A stretch of DNA of 64,000 bases from Bacteroidota bacterium (GCA_027593245.1 JAQCJC010000001.1:10128-74127), one strand, 5' to 3'; numbered from the stretch's first letter, positions 1-9,618 are shown. Made by a program: numbers and translations. The notes: a model not told the origin generated them from the letters alone.

Positions 1-159
1 AAGAAGGCAACTAACGATTATTCGCGTCCTAATAGCAGTAAGGCTATCATCAATGCCTTCAAGACTAACGCCCTTTTTCAAGTTGAAGACATAACACAGG
101 ACGAAGCCAAAAAACGCTATATAGAATTGGCTAAAGAATATTTAATTTACAGGAAGTAA
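1..159 (+). CDS. 3' end of an ORF cut by the window edge (unknown function)
   Basis: Frame 1 is open from base 1 to TAA at 157-159 (...DEAKKRYIELAKEYLIYRK*). It converges on valS with a 5-nt gap. No family recognised. Confidence 0.35.
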   Translation, partial: KKATNDYSRPNSSKAIINAFKTNALFQVEDITQDEAKKRYIELAKEYLIYRK

Positions 160-164
160 AACCC

Positions 165-2795
165 CTACCTTAGATTGCTTAAACTCGTTTCTAAGGTATC
201 AATTTTGGCTAGAGCATCAGCCTCTTTTTTCTTTTCACTTGCTAATACTTCTGCAGGTGCATTATTTACAAATCGCTCGTTAGATAATTTTTTCTGAACA
301 GAAAGTAAAAATCCTTTGGTGTAAGTTAACTCCTCTTCAAGTTTAGCTAACTCAGCTTCAATATCAATCAGCATATCAGCTACCATATAATATTCATTAG
401 ATTTTACACGGAAAGAAAAGGCTTTGTCTACAGCAGATGTTGTGTAATAAATGTTGGATATATTTCCGAGTTTTGAAATTAAGCCATCAAAAGTTTTTGA
501 GAAAGATGCCTTGTTAATGACGTGAAGCTCAACAGCTGTTTTAAAGGGAATTTGCTTTTGTTTGCGCAAATTTCTTATACCAGTAACAACTTCGGCAGCA
601 AAGTCGAAACCATCTAAAATAGTAGAATCATAAGAAACTTTTTCTGGCCAAGTCGAAACAATTAAAGCTTCATTTGGGCTACGGTCTTTTAAAAAATGCC
701 AGATTTCTTCTGTCAGGAAAGGCATAAATGGATGCAACACTTTTAGATTAAGCTCCAATAATTCAACTACACGGTGATGCGTTTGTTTATCAATTGGTGC
801 GCCATAAGATGGCTTGATCATCTCCAACAACCAAGAACAAAAATCGTCCCACACAAACTTATAAATAGCCATAAGAGCATCACTTAGACGGTATTTACTA
901 AAATGATCTTCAATTTCCGACAATACTTTTTGAAATTTTGAAGTGTACCAATCTAAAGCAATTGAAGCATACTCCGGTTGTTCAATATCGGCAACTTCCC
1001 ATCCGTTGATAAGTCGGAACGCGTTCCAAATTTTATTACCAAAGCCTTTACCTTGTTGACATAGAGCTTCATCAAACAGCAAATCATTCCCAGCTGCAGA
1101 ACTCAACAACAGTCCAACGCGTACCCCGTCGGCTCCATATTGCTCAATGAGCCAAAGTGCATCAGGTGAATTTCCTAAAGACTTACTCATTTTTTGGCGT
1201 TGTTTGTCGCGAACTAACCCTGTCAAATATACATTTTCAAAAGGTTTTTCTTCTTTGAACTCAAAGCCTGCAACTATCATTCTGGCGACCCAAAAGAATA
1301 AAATATCTGGTCCAGTAACAAGATCATTAGTAGGGTAGTAATAATTAAATTCAGCATTATCTGGATTTCTAATACCATCAAAAACTGAAATTGGCCAAAG
1401 CCATGACGAAAACCAAGTATCTAAAACATCTGAATCTTGTCTTAAGTCTTTGACGCTAAGTGATCTGTTATTTGATTTTTTCTGTGCCAATTTTAAAGCC
1501 TCCACTACAGTAGAAGCAACTACAAAATCGTCTTTACCATCGCCATAATAGTAGGCTGGAATTTGTTGACCCCAAAATAATTGGCGGGATATATTCCAAT
1601 CACGGATGTTTTCCATCCAATGACGATAGGTATTATTGAATTTTTTTGGAAATAATTTTACCGTACTATCCTTTAATACGGCGTCTAAGGCAGGTTTTGC
1701 CAAATCTTCCATTTTGAGAAACCATTGGTCAGAAAGACGAGGTTCAATAACAACTTTGGTGCGTTCTGAAGTACCAACTTTGTGCATATGTGGTTCTGTT
1801 TTTACCAGAAACCCTTTGTCTTTTAATTCTTCAACAATTTCTTTACGAACTACAAACCGATCTTTCCCTTCGTAATGCAGTCCATAACTATTGAGTGTTG
1901 CATCTGCATTAAAAACATCAATAACCTCCAATTGGTGCTTGTCCCCCAATACCTTGTCATTTTCATCATGTGCAGGGGTAACTTTTAAACAACCTGTTCC
2001 AAACTCCATATCAACATATTCATCCTCGATAATTGGAATGACTCTATTACACAAGGGAACAATTGCTTTTTTACCTTTTAAATGAGAAAAACGCTCATCG
2101 TTTGGATTGATACATATTGCTGAATCACCCAAAATAGTTTCTGGTCTTGTTGTGGCAATTGTGAGGCGTTCATTGCTTCCTTCGATTGCATATTCCAAGT
2201 AATATAAACTACCTTGACGTTCTTCGTATATAACTTCCTCATCAGATAGTGTTGTCTGTGCTTGAGGATCCCAATTCACCATTCTAAAACCTCTATAAAT
2301 CAACCCTTTATTGTACAAATCAATAAATACAGAAATGACCGATTCGCTCATTTCATCATCCATGGTGAATTTTGTACGGTCCCAATCGCATGAACAGCCC
2401 AATTTCTTAAGCTGATTTAAAATTACACCACCATACTGATTGGTCCAGTCCCAAGCATGGCTCATAAATTCTTCTCGTGTCAAATCGTTCTTATCAATAC
2501 CTTGTTCCTTCAGCTTGGCCACCACTTTAGCCTCAGTTGCTATTGAGGCATGGTCAGTACCAGGGACCCAACAAGCGTTTTTTCCTTGAAGGCGTGCACG
2601 TCTAATCAAAACATCTTGGATAGTATTGTTGAGCATATGCCCCATATGCAAAATACCAGTTACATTTGGGGGAGGAATTACAATGGTGTAAGGGGTTCTG
2701 TTATCTGGCTTTGAATGAAAATATTGGTTCTTCATCCAATAGTCATACCACTTTTGTTCTACCTTTGTTGCATCATATTTTGATAGAATACTCAT
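165..2795 (-). CDS. valS: valine--tRNA ligase
   Basis: 876-aa ORF. Class I aaRS HIGH-type motif (PNVTGILHMGH), KMSKS motif (KMSKSLGN) and a C-terminal coiled coil typical of ValRS. Confidence 0.97.
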   Translation of the reverse strand: MSILSKYDATKVEQKWYDYWMKNQYFHSKPDNRTPYTIVIPPPNVTGILHMGHMLNNTIQDVLIRRARLQGKNACWVPGTDHASIATEAKVVAKLKEQGIDKNDLTREEFMSHAWDWTNQYGGVILNQLKKLGCSCDWDRTKFTMDDEMSESVISVFIDLYNKGLIYRGFRMVNWDPQAQTTLSDEEVIYEERQGSLYYLEYAIEGSNERLTIATTRPETILGDSAICINPNDERFSHLKGKKAIVPLCNRVIPIIEDEYVDMEFGTGCLKVTPAHDENDKVLGDKHQLEVIDVFNADATLNSYGLHYEGKDRFVVRKEIVEELKDKGFLVKTEPHMHKVGTSERTKVVIEPRLSDQWFLKMEDLAKPALDAVLKDSTVKLFPKKFNNTYRHWMENIRDWNISRQLFWGQQIPAYYYGDGKDDFVVASTVVEALKLAQKKSNNRSLSVKDLRQDSDVLDTWFSSWLWPISVFDGIRNPDNAEFNYYYPTNDLVTGPDILFFWVARMIVAGFEFKEEKPFENVYLTGLVRDKQRQKMSKSLGNSPDALWLIEQYGADGVRVGLLLSSAAGNDLLFDEALCQQGKGFGNKIWNAFRLINGWEVADIEQPEYASIALDWYTSKFQKVLSEIEDHFSKYRLSDALMAIYKFVWDDFCSWLLEMIKPSYGAPIDKQTHHRVVELLELNLKVLHPFMPFLTEEIWHFLKDRSPNEALIVSTWPEKVSYDSTILDGFDFAAEVVTGIRNLRKQKQIPFKTAVELHVINKASFSKTFDGLISKLGNISNIYYTTSAVDKAFSFRVKSNEYYMVADMLIDIEAELAKLEEELTYTKGFLLSVQKKLSNERFVNNAPAEVLASEKKKEADALAKIDTLETSLSNLR

Positions 2796-2826
2796 ATTCT
2801 TGGAACAATTTTTGTTATAAAGTATA

Positions 2827-2834
2827 CAAAAGTA
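2827..2834 (-). promoter_or_regulatory. Bacteroidota -7 promoter box (TACTTTTG) for valS
   Basis: Exact TAnnTTTG on the minus strand, 32 nt upstream of the valS ATG. Confidence 0.45.
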
Positions 2835-2942
2835 CTCATATTTTGGGTTCTTTAAAATTAAATAAACTAGAATTATAGGTGTACAATTTTTGATTTTCTA
2901 AAAAAGTCGTTAAATTTACATGTAAACTTAAATTACTCTGCC

Positions 2943-3368
2943 ATGAAAAAAATATTAACACTAATGCTCCTTAGTTTATTTCTTCTAAATACTAACGCGC
3001 AAGAGCGTACTGCAAAAATTGAATTTGAATCTACTGTAATTGATTACGGGACTATTGAAAAAGGATCCGATGGAGTTCGCGTTTTCAAATTTACTAATAC
3101 TGGAAACGCACCACTTATTGTATCAAAGGTTAAATCTAGCTGTGGTTGTACAGTTCCAAAAAAACCAGAAAAGCCTATTTTGCCTGGTGAAGAGGGCGAA
3201 ATTCAAGTGAAGTATGACACAAACAGAGTCAATCCGATCCGAAAAACAATTACCGTTACTTCTAATGCTGACACCCCTACTGTGGCACTCAAAATAAAAG
3301 GTACTGTTATCGACCCGGCCAAAACCAGCCCATTAGAACCTACAAACAAAAGTGTTGTTGAAAAATAA
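2943..3368 (+). CDS. DUF1573 domain-containing secreted protein
   Basis: 141 aa with an N-terminal signal peptide. KFTNTGNAPLIVSKVKSSCGCTVP matches the DUF1573 signature as I recall it. Confidence 0.75.
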   Translation: MKKILTLMLLSLFLLNTNAQERTAKIEFESTVIDYGTIEKGSDGVRVFKFTNTGNAPLIVSKVKSSCGCTVPKKPEKPILPGEEGEIQVKYDTNRVNPIRKTITVTSNADTPTVALKIKGTVIDPAKTSPLEPTNKSVVEK

Positions 3369-3382
3369 TACGATATTAAGCC

Positions 3383-3415
3383 AAAAAAAAGCATCTTTAT
3401 AAGATGCTTTTTTTT
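3383..3415 (+). terminator. rho-independent terminator
   Basis: A-run, then stem GCATCTT / AAGATGC (3391-3397 / 3401-3407), then an 8-nt T-run. Confidence 0.75.
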
Positions 3416-3440
3416 GATTCATTTACTAAAGATATAGAAT

Positions 3441-3448
3441 TATATTTG
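3441..3448 (+). promoter_or_regulatory. -7 promoter box (TATATTTG)
   Basis: Exact TAnnTTTG, 26 nt upstream of the ATG at 3475. Confidence 0.45.
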
Positions 3449-3474
3449 TACTTTGAATTACAATAGAAATTGAT

Positions 3475-4671
3475 ATGCCAAAAATTTCAATCAAAGGAAT
3501 ACAAATGCCGGAGTCACCAATACGCAAATTGGTCCCCTATGCAGAGCAAGCAAAAACTAAGGGCACATTGGTGTATCACCTCAACATAGGACAACCTGAT
3601 ATTAATACCCCGCAAATAGCACTTGATGCAGTAAAAAATAATTGTCTTAATGTAGTGGCGTACAGTCGCTCGGAAGGCTCAGAGCAATACCGAAAAAAAT
3701 TAGCGGGTTACTACAAAAAACACAATATTCAAGTTGAAGCCCAAGAGATTACAGTAACTACTGGTGGAAGTGAAGCATTGCTATTTACCATGGGAAGTAT
3801 TATGGATCCTGGTGACGAAGTGATTATCCCTGAACCCTTTTATGCTAATTATAACGGCTTTTCAGTAGCTCAAGGAGTTAATGTAATACCTGTTGTCTCT
3901 GATATTGATGCAAATTTTGCGCTCCCCACTATTAAAGATTTTGAAAGCTTAATTACGCCTAAAACCAAAGCTATTCTTATTTGTAATCCTGGAAATCCAA
4001 CAGGCTATTTGTACAGCAGAGAAGAAATTATTCAACTCAAGGAGTTAGTTATAAAACACGATTTGTTTTTGATCGCTGATGAAGTGTACAGAGAATTCAC
4101 CTACGACGGCCTCCAACACCATTCCATTATGGAAATTGATGGGCTACAAGACCACGCCATAATGATCGATTCTGTGTCTAAACGATACAGCATGTGCGGG
4201 GCTAGGATAGGATGTATTGTTACAAGAAACAAAAGAGTCACCGATGCAGCACTAAAGTTTGCTCAAGCACGCTTATCGCCTCCGACATTTGCACTTATAG
4301 CAAGCGAAGCAGCACTTGATACTCCCGAATCATATTTTGAAGAAGTCAAAAAAGAATATGCAGAACGACGCAATATATTAATTCAAGAGCTCAAAAAAAT
4401 TAATGGTGTAAAAGTAGCTAATCCCAAAGGAGCTTTTTACTGTATTGTAGAGCTTCCTGTAAAAGATACGGACAAATTTGCACAATGGATGTTAGAAGAA
4501 TTTCGTGTCAATAATGAAACGATTATGATTGCACCTGCAGCAGGCTTTTACGCCACAGAAGGACTGGGGCATAATCAGGTGCGCATAGCTTATGTCCTTA
4601 AAAAAGAAGATTTAATAGCCTCGGTAAATATTCTAAAAAAAGGATTAGAAGCTTTTAAAACTACAGAATGA
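3475..4671 (+). CDS. PLP-dependent aminotransferase, class I/II
   Basis: 398 aa with a fold-type I architecture. PLP-lysine motif SVSKRYSMCGARIG and NPGNPTG motif. Confidence 0.85.
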   Translation: MPKISIKGIQMPESPIRKLVPYAEQAKTKGTLVYHLNIGQPDINTPQIALDAVKNNCLNVVAYSRSEGSEQYRKKLAGYYKKHNIQVEAQEITVTTGGSEALLFTMGSIMDPGDEVIIPEPFYANYNGFSVAQGVNVIPVVSDIDANFALPTIKDFESLITPKTKAILICNPGNPTGYLYSREEIIQLKELVIKHDLFLIADEVYREFTYDGLQHHSIMEIDGLQDHAIMIDSVSKRYSMCGARIGCIVTRNKRVTDAALKFAQARLSPPTFALIASEAALDTPESYFEEVKKEYAERRNILIQELKKINGVKVANPKGAFYCIVELPVKDTDKFAQWMLEEFRVNNETIMIAPAAGFYATEGLGHNQVRIAYVLKKEDLIASVNILKKGLEAFKTTE

Positions 4672-5675
4672 TTCAACAGCATGTTTCTTTAAAACCTTAT
4701 AATACTTTTGGCATCAATGTCAACGCTGAATCTTTTGCTTCTGTAAAAACTCTAGAAGAATTAACGACCACACTAAAGACCAAACCCTCAAAAATATTAA
4801 TCATCGGTGGGGGAAGTAATATTCTATTAACTGAAAATTTTGAAGGGCTAGTGCTTCATATCGATCTAAAAGGCATAGAAGTTTGTGAAAAACAAAACGA
4901 AACTACTATCGTAAAAGTCTCTGCGGGCGAAAACTGGCACGACTTTGTCTTGTGGTCCTTAAAACAAAACTTAGGTGGAATAGAGAATTTATCCCTAATT
5001 CCAGGAAATGTTGGTACAGCTCCGATTCAAAATATTGGAGCCTATGGAGTAGAACTGAAAGACACTTTTGTTTGCTGCGAAGCATTAAATCTTAAGACAC
5101 TAGAGCTAGAAATATTTTCAAAAGAAGAATGTAATTTTGGGTACAGAAATTCTATTTTTAAATCAGAACATAAAGGAAAATACATTATCACCTCAGTAAC
5201 TTTTGAATTGACCCACACTAAGCACCAACTAAAAACAACTTATGGTGCTATTTCCAATGAATTGTTAGCAAATGGAGTAACTAACCCAAGTATCCAGGAC
5301 ATTTCAAAAGCAGTAATTGCCATTAGAAAATCCAAACTTCCAGATCCAAAAAAACTTGGAAATTGTGGTAGTTTTTTTAAAAATCCAATTGTACCAAAAG
5401 TACATTTTGAGCAATTATTAACACAGTTTCCAAATATGCCACACTATCCTGTTTCATCAAATGAAGTAAAAATACCAGCAGCTTGGCTCATTGAAACTGC
5501 AGGATTTAAAGGTAAAACCTTCAAAAATTATGGTGTTCATAAGCATCAGGCTCTAGTACTTGTCAATTATGGTGGCGCTTCAGGTCGAGATATCTTGAGT
5601 TTATCACAACTCATTCAAAAAACCATCAATTCTATTTTTGGGATAGCACTCGAAGCAGAGGTCAATGTATTGTGA
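4668..5675 (+). CDS. murB: UDP-N-acetylenolpyruvoylglucosamine reductase
   Basis: 335 aa. FAD-binding IIGGGSNIL and a MurB C-terminal domain (GSFFKNP). ATGA overlap with the upstream gene. Confidence 0.92.
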   Translation: MIQQHVSLKPYNTFGINVNAESFASVKTLEELTTTLKTKPSKILIIGGGSNILLTENFEGLVLHIDLKGIEVCEKQNETTIVKVSAGENWHDFVLWSLKQNLGGIENLSLIPGNVGTAPIQNIGAYGVELKDTFVCCEALNLKTLELEIFSKEECNFGYRNSIFKSEHKGKYIITSVTFELTHTKHQLKTTYGAISNELLANGVTNPSIQDISKAVIAIRKSKLPDPKKLGNCGSFFKNPIVPKVHFEQLLTQFPNMPHYPVSSNEVKIPAAWLIETAGFKGKTFKNYGVHKHQALVLVNYGGASGRDILSLSQLIQKTINSIFGIALEAEVNVL

Positions 5676-5705
5676 GGAGTAAAGATTATAATGGAAAAAA
5701 AGCCA

Positions 5706-6392
5706 CTAATCGCAGTTTTTACTGGCTTTACACACTATACCTGCTACAATAGCTCCAGCTATGGGTGCTAACCAAAATAGCCAAAGTTGTGCAGAAAAGT
5801 CAGCACCTGCAAAAATAGCTTGACCTGTAGAGCGTGCTGGATTAACCGAAGTATTTGAGATCGGAATACTTATCAAGTGAATAAGGGTAAGAGCAAAACC
5901 AATGGCCATTGGCGCAAACTTTTGGTAAGCTTTTTCAGTTGTACTGCCTAAAATTATAATTAGAAAAAATGCTGTTAAAACAAATTCTGAAATTAAAACA
6001 GAGCTCAAAGAGTAGCCCCCAGGTGACAAATCACCATAGCCATTAGCAGCAAAAGTCCCTATAGATTCAAAGTCAGATTTACCCGTAAGTATTAAAAAGA
6101 GAACTGAAGCTGCAACGAGAGCACCTAAGGTTTGGGACACAATATATCCAAAAAGGTTTTTAGGGTTAAAACGACCAGCAGCCCAAAGACCAAAAGAAAC
6201 AGCAGGATTGAAATGTGCGCCTGAGATATGTCCCACGGCGTATGCCATGGTAAGGGCGGTCATTCCGAAGGCAAATGAAACCCCTACAAAGCCAATACCT
6301 GATTCAGAGAATTTAGCAGCAAAAATAGCACTCCCACAACCACCAAAAACTAACCAAAATGTACCAAAAAATTCTGCATAAAGCTTTTTCAT
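5706..6392 (-). CDS. aqpZ: aquaporin Z
   Basis: MIP channel with two NPA boxes (HFNPAVS, SVNPARS). Start placed at ATG 6392 ([18 protein letters not shown]); the ORF extends to 6416. Confidence 0.9.
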   Translation of the reverse strand: MKKLYAEFFGTFWLVFGGCGSAIFAAKFSESGIGFVGVSFAFGMTALTMAYAVGHISGAHFNPAVSFGLWAAGRFNPKNLFGYIVSQTLGALVAASVLFLILTGKSDFESIGTFAANGYGDLSPGGYSLSSVLISEFVLTAFFLIIILGSTTEKAYQKFAPMAIGFALTLIHLISIPISNTSVNPARSTGQAIFAGADFSAQLWLFWLAPIAGAIVAGIVCKASKNCD

Positions 6393-6510
6393 AAATATTA
6401 TGTTCAAACACTCCAATTATTTAGACACAGATTTACACAAAAAGTCACCTTTTTTTTTTAAATTTTAATTTTATTTTAATTGTATCTTTATATAAATCTA
6501 TTGCTTTAAA

Positions 6511-6714
6511 ATGAAACTACTTTTGATTACACTATTACTTTTAGGCCTAGGAATTGCAGGGATTTCCATTAAGTTATGGGCCAAAAAAGACGGTAAATTT
6601 GCCGGTACTTGTGCTAGCCAAAATCCAATGCTAAACAACGAAGGTGAGGCTTGTGGGTTTTGTGGTAAAACCCCTGATGAATTTGGCGACTGCGACAAAA
6701 GCGAAAAAAAATAA
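6511..6714 (+). CDS. small single-TM, four-cysteine membrane protein (NqrM-like architecture)
   Basis: 67 aa. N-terminal hydrophobic helix, then KKDGK, then Cys34/Cys48/Cys51/Cys61 (GTC...ACGFCG...DCD). It ends 9 nt before the next gene. Confidence 0.55.
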   Translation: MKLLLITLLLLGLGIAGISIKLWAKKDGKFAGTCASQNPMLNNEGEACGFCGKTPDEFGDCDKSEKK

Positions 6715-6723
6715 CCCCAAAAA

Positions 6724-7821
6724 ATGCCCTTGACCGTTCTTCTTTACATCTTCATGACGGTAACTATTTTAGAAATTTCCTATTTCTGCTTTGCAGTATA
6801 TAGCATCCGCAGTATGCCCTTGCAGCTAAAAAAATCAAATACTGCAATTTCCTTAATACTATATACAAAGAATCAGGCTGAATTAGTAAAAACACAACTG
6901 CCTGTTTTTCTAAAACAAAAACATAAAAATTTTGAAATTGTATTAATTAACAATGCCTCTTCAGATGATACACTAGAAATCATGAAGTATTTTCAAAACG
7001 AAAACTCAAAAATAAAGGTGATCGATGTCAAAAATATTGAAGCTTTTTGGGGCAGTAAAAAATACGCACTGACTTTAGCCATAAAAGCTGCCTCACACGA
7101 GCGCTTAGTTATAAGCTCCATTGATCATGAACCCAACTCTACGGCATGGCTTCAGCATATAGCCGTAGTGTTTAAAGAAAAATCTTTCATAATCGGATTG
7201 AGAAAATACACTTCTAAAAATACCTTATTTTATCGATTTTTTAATTTTATGGAACTTGTTCAAAGCTGTACTCTGAGTAAAATGGGGATAGTATACGGAG
7301 GAACTTCAGCAAATGTGAGTTATACTAAAACACTTTTTTACAGTGCTAGTGGATTTGCAAAACACATGCAACTTCCCTTTGGAGAAACCAAATTATTTGC
7401 CAATGAAGTCTCAAAATTATCAAATACGGCAATTTGTTTGCAACACGACAGCGGAGTGACGCAATTACACAAACCCAAGTTTTGGACATGGTTGAAAGAA
7501 CAAGTTGAAGAGGACTTAATTTTACGGCACAGCAGGAAACTCGTACTGCTAAGCAGTAGGTTTCTTTTTTTATGTCGTCTAGTATTTTACATCCTAGCTG
7601 TAGTTTTGATGATTATTAGTGAGTCTGAGGCAAAACCCTTAATTATAATATTTCTCAGTGGCCGTTTTGCAATTCAATACATTTGCTACGGAATCATAGC
7701 CAATAAATTAAAAGAATTAAAGTTAATCATAGCACTACCATTTCTTGATCTTTGGTCTCTTATTTTACAATTTGTTATATTTATATCAGGATTTAAGTCA
7801 AAACAACCGCATTGGAATTAA
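6724..7821 (+). CDS. glycosyltransferase family 2, membrane-anchored
   Basis: 365 aa. N-terminal TM helix, GT-A core (ISLILYTKNQ...EIVLINNASSDDT) and C-terminal TM helices. Confidence 0.75.
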   Translation: MPLTVLLYIFMTVTILEISYFCFAVYSIRSMPLQLKKSNTAISLILYTKNQAELVKTQLPVFLKQKHKNFEIVLINNASSDDTLEIMKYFQNENSKIKVIDVKNIEAFWGSKKYALTLAIKAASHERLVISSIDHEPNSTAWLQHIAVVFKEKSFIIGLRKYTSKNTLFYRFFNFMELVQSCTLSKMGIVYGGTSANVSYTKTLFYSASGFAKHMQLPFGETKLFANEVSKLSNTAICLQHDSGVTQLHKPKFWTWLKEQVEEDLILRHSRKLVLLSSRFLFLCRLVFYILAVVLMIISESEAKPLIIIFLSGRFAIQYICYGIIANKLKELKLIIALPFLDLWSLILQFVIFISGFKSKQPHWN

Positions 7822-8366
7822 ACGAAGCGATTATAAAAGCCAAAGAAAATAATCAAATTGCTTTCAACTTTTTGTTGGAAACTTTTTGGAATGATGTTTT
7901 CGGCTTTTTAGTAAAGCGCACCCAAAACGAGAACGATGCAGAGGACATTACAATTGAAACATTTTTTAAAGCTTTCGATAAAATCAATTCTTTTGACTCT
8001 AAATTTAAATTCAAAACTTGGCTAATAACTATAGCTAAAAACACCCATTTAGATAGCATTCGAAAACAAAAAAATACGCTCAGTAACCAAACAACTGAAG
8101 AGGATGAAAAACGCGTCTATTGGATTCCCGATCAAGCTCCATCTGTAGAAGATAAACTTATCAATGAGCAAAATTTGGCTGAACTGCTAAAGGACATCAA
8201 AAAATTAAAGCCTCATCACCAAGAAATTATTCAACTGCGGTATTTTCAGGAATTATCTTATCTAGAAATCGCAAAGAAAATTGATGCCCCTGTAAATAAT
8301 GTCAAAATAAAGCTTCTAAGAGCTAAAAAACTATTGGCTTGGATTATTCGTTCAAAAAATGACTAA
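7812..8366 (+). CDS. RNA polymerase sigma-70 family (ECF-type) sigma factor
   Basis: 184 aa. Region 2 (DAEDITIETFFKAF, FKTWLITIAKNTHLDSIRK) and region 4 HTH (LSYLEIAKKIDAPVNNVKIKLLRAKK). The only plausible start is TTG 7812, which overlaps the GT2 gene by 10 nt. Confidence 0.85.
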   Translation: MELNEAIIKAKENNQIAFNFLLETFWNDVFGFLVKRTQNENDAEDITIETFFKAFDKINSFDSKFKFKTWLITIAKNTHLDSIRKQKNTLSNQTTEEDEKRVYWIPDQAPSVEDKLINEQNLAELLKDIKKLKPHHQEIIQLRYFQELSYLEIAKKIDAPVNNVKIKLLRAKKLLAWIIRSKND

Positions 8367-9573
8367 ATTTTTACAAAAACTTGGGCCTGGATTATTGTTT
8401 GCTGGGGCTGCAATTGGAGTGTCACATCTTGTCCAGTCGACTAAAGCAGGTGCAAATTTTGGTTTCGGGCTCCTGTGGGCGCTTTTGCTAATTAACCTCA
8501 TCAAATATCCTTTTTTTCAGTTTGGCCCTCGCTATGCTGCAGCTACTGGAGAAAGCTTACTCGAGGGCTACAATAAGCTGGGAAAAGGGGTGCTAAAGGC
8601 CTATGCCTTGTTGACCGTTGCTACCATGTTTACCATACAAACAGCAGTGACTATTGTTACTGCAGGGATAGCTTCCACTCTATTTGGTTCTGAAATTAGT
8701 ATGGAAATATGGTCTGTTATTATATTATCCGTTTGTTTTTTTCTTTTGTTAGTTGGTAAATATTCCTTGCTAGATAAAATGATGAAAGTCATCATTATCA
8801 TTTTGAGTTTGAGTACCCTATTTGCGGTAGCCGCAGCATTTATTAATTCCACAAATGAACACGACTGGACACAAATAGTCCCATCAACAGATATAGAACT
8901 AATTTTTCTTATTGCCTTCATGGGCTGGATGCCTGCGCCATTAGATGTTTCTATTTGGCACTCTCTATGGGCGATTCAAAAGAAAAAACAAGAGCATAAC
9001 TTTAATTCAAAAACAGCATCATTAGATTTCAATATAGGCTATCTCGGAACTATTGTATTGGGGATTGGATTTCTAATGCTTGGGGGCCTAGTAATGCACG
9101 GATCAGGAAAATCATTTAGTGCAAATGGGGGAGAATTTTCGCTACAGCTGATTGAAATGTATACAAAAAATCTTGGAGAATGGTCTTACATTATCATAGG
9201 TGTCGCAGCACTAACCACCATGTTCAGCACAACACTAACAACTCTTGATGCTTCGCCTCGTGCCATGAACAAAACACTCGAACTAATTTTAGACAAACCA
9301 CTAAACAATGGCTACACAGTTTGGTTGATTGTTTTGATAATAGGAACCATTTCTATTTTCTTCTTCTTTTTATCGGAAATGGGTAGCTTGATAAAAATAG
9401 CTACAATATTGTCGTTTTTAACAGCACCTTTTTATGCACTTATGAATTATATTCTCATATGCAGTAAGCATACGCCTCAGTCGTTTCGACCGTCAAAAAT
9501 CATGCATTTTTTGAGTATTTCAGGAATTCTCTTTTTAATTGGATTTAACATTTGGTATCTCAGTATTTTGTGA
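8359..9573 (+). CDS. NRAMP-family divalent metal cation transporter
   Basis: 404 aa, polytopic. The N-terminus GPGLLFAGAAIGVSHLVQST is NRAMP-like. ATG overlaps the sigma gene by 8 nt. Confidence 0.78.
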   Translation: MTKFLQKLGPGLLFAGAAIGVSHLVQSTKAGANFGFGLLWALLLINLIKYPFFQFGPRYAAATGESLLEGYNKLGKGVLKAYALLTVATMFTIQTAVTIVTAGIASTLFGSEISMEIWSVIILSVCFFLLLVGKYSLLDKMMKVIIIILSLSTLFAVAAAFINSTNEHDWTQIVPSTDIELIFLIAFMGWMPAPLDVSIWHSLWAIQKKKQEHNFNSKTASLDFNIGYLGTIVLGIGFLMLGGLVMHGSGKSFSANGGEFSLQLIEMYTKNLGEWSYIIIGVAALTTMFSTTLTTLDASPRAMNKTLELILDKPLNNGYTVWLIVLIIGTISIFFFFLSEMGSLIKIATILSFLTAPFYALMNYILICSKHTPQSFRPSKIMHFLSISGILFLIGFNIWYLSIL

Positions 9574-9593
9574 TTTTTTTAGGGAATACTTTG

Positions 9594-9601
9594 TATCTTT
9601 G
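9594..9601 (+). promoter_or_regulatory. -7 promoter box (TATCTTTG) for lipA
   Basis: Exact TAnnTTTG, 17 nt upstream of the ATG at 9619. Confidence 0.5.
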
Positions 9602-9618
9602 TAGCACAAATCAAACTG

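Noticed and set aside
8300-8366. Mn-responsive (yybP-ykoY-type) riboswitch upstream of the NRAMP transporter
   Set aside because: There is no untranslated leader, because the NRAMP ATG lies inside the sigma-factor coding region. A riboswitch has no room here.
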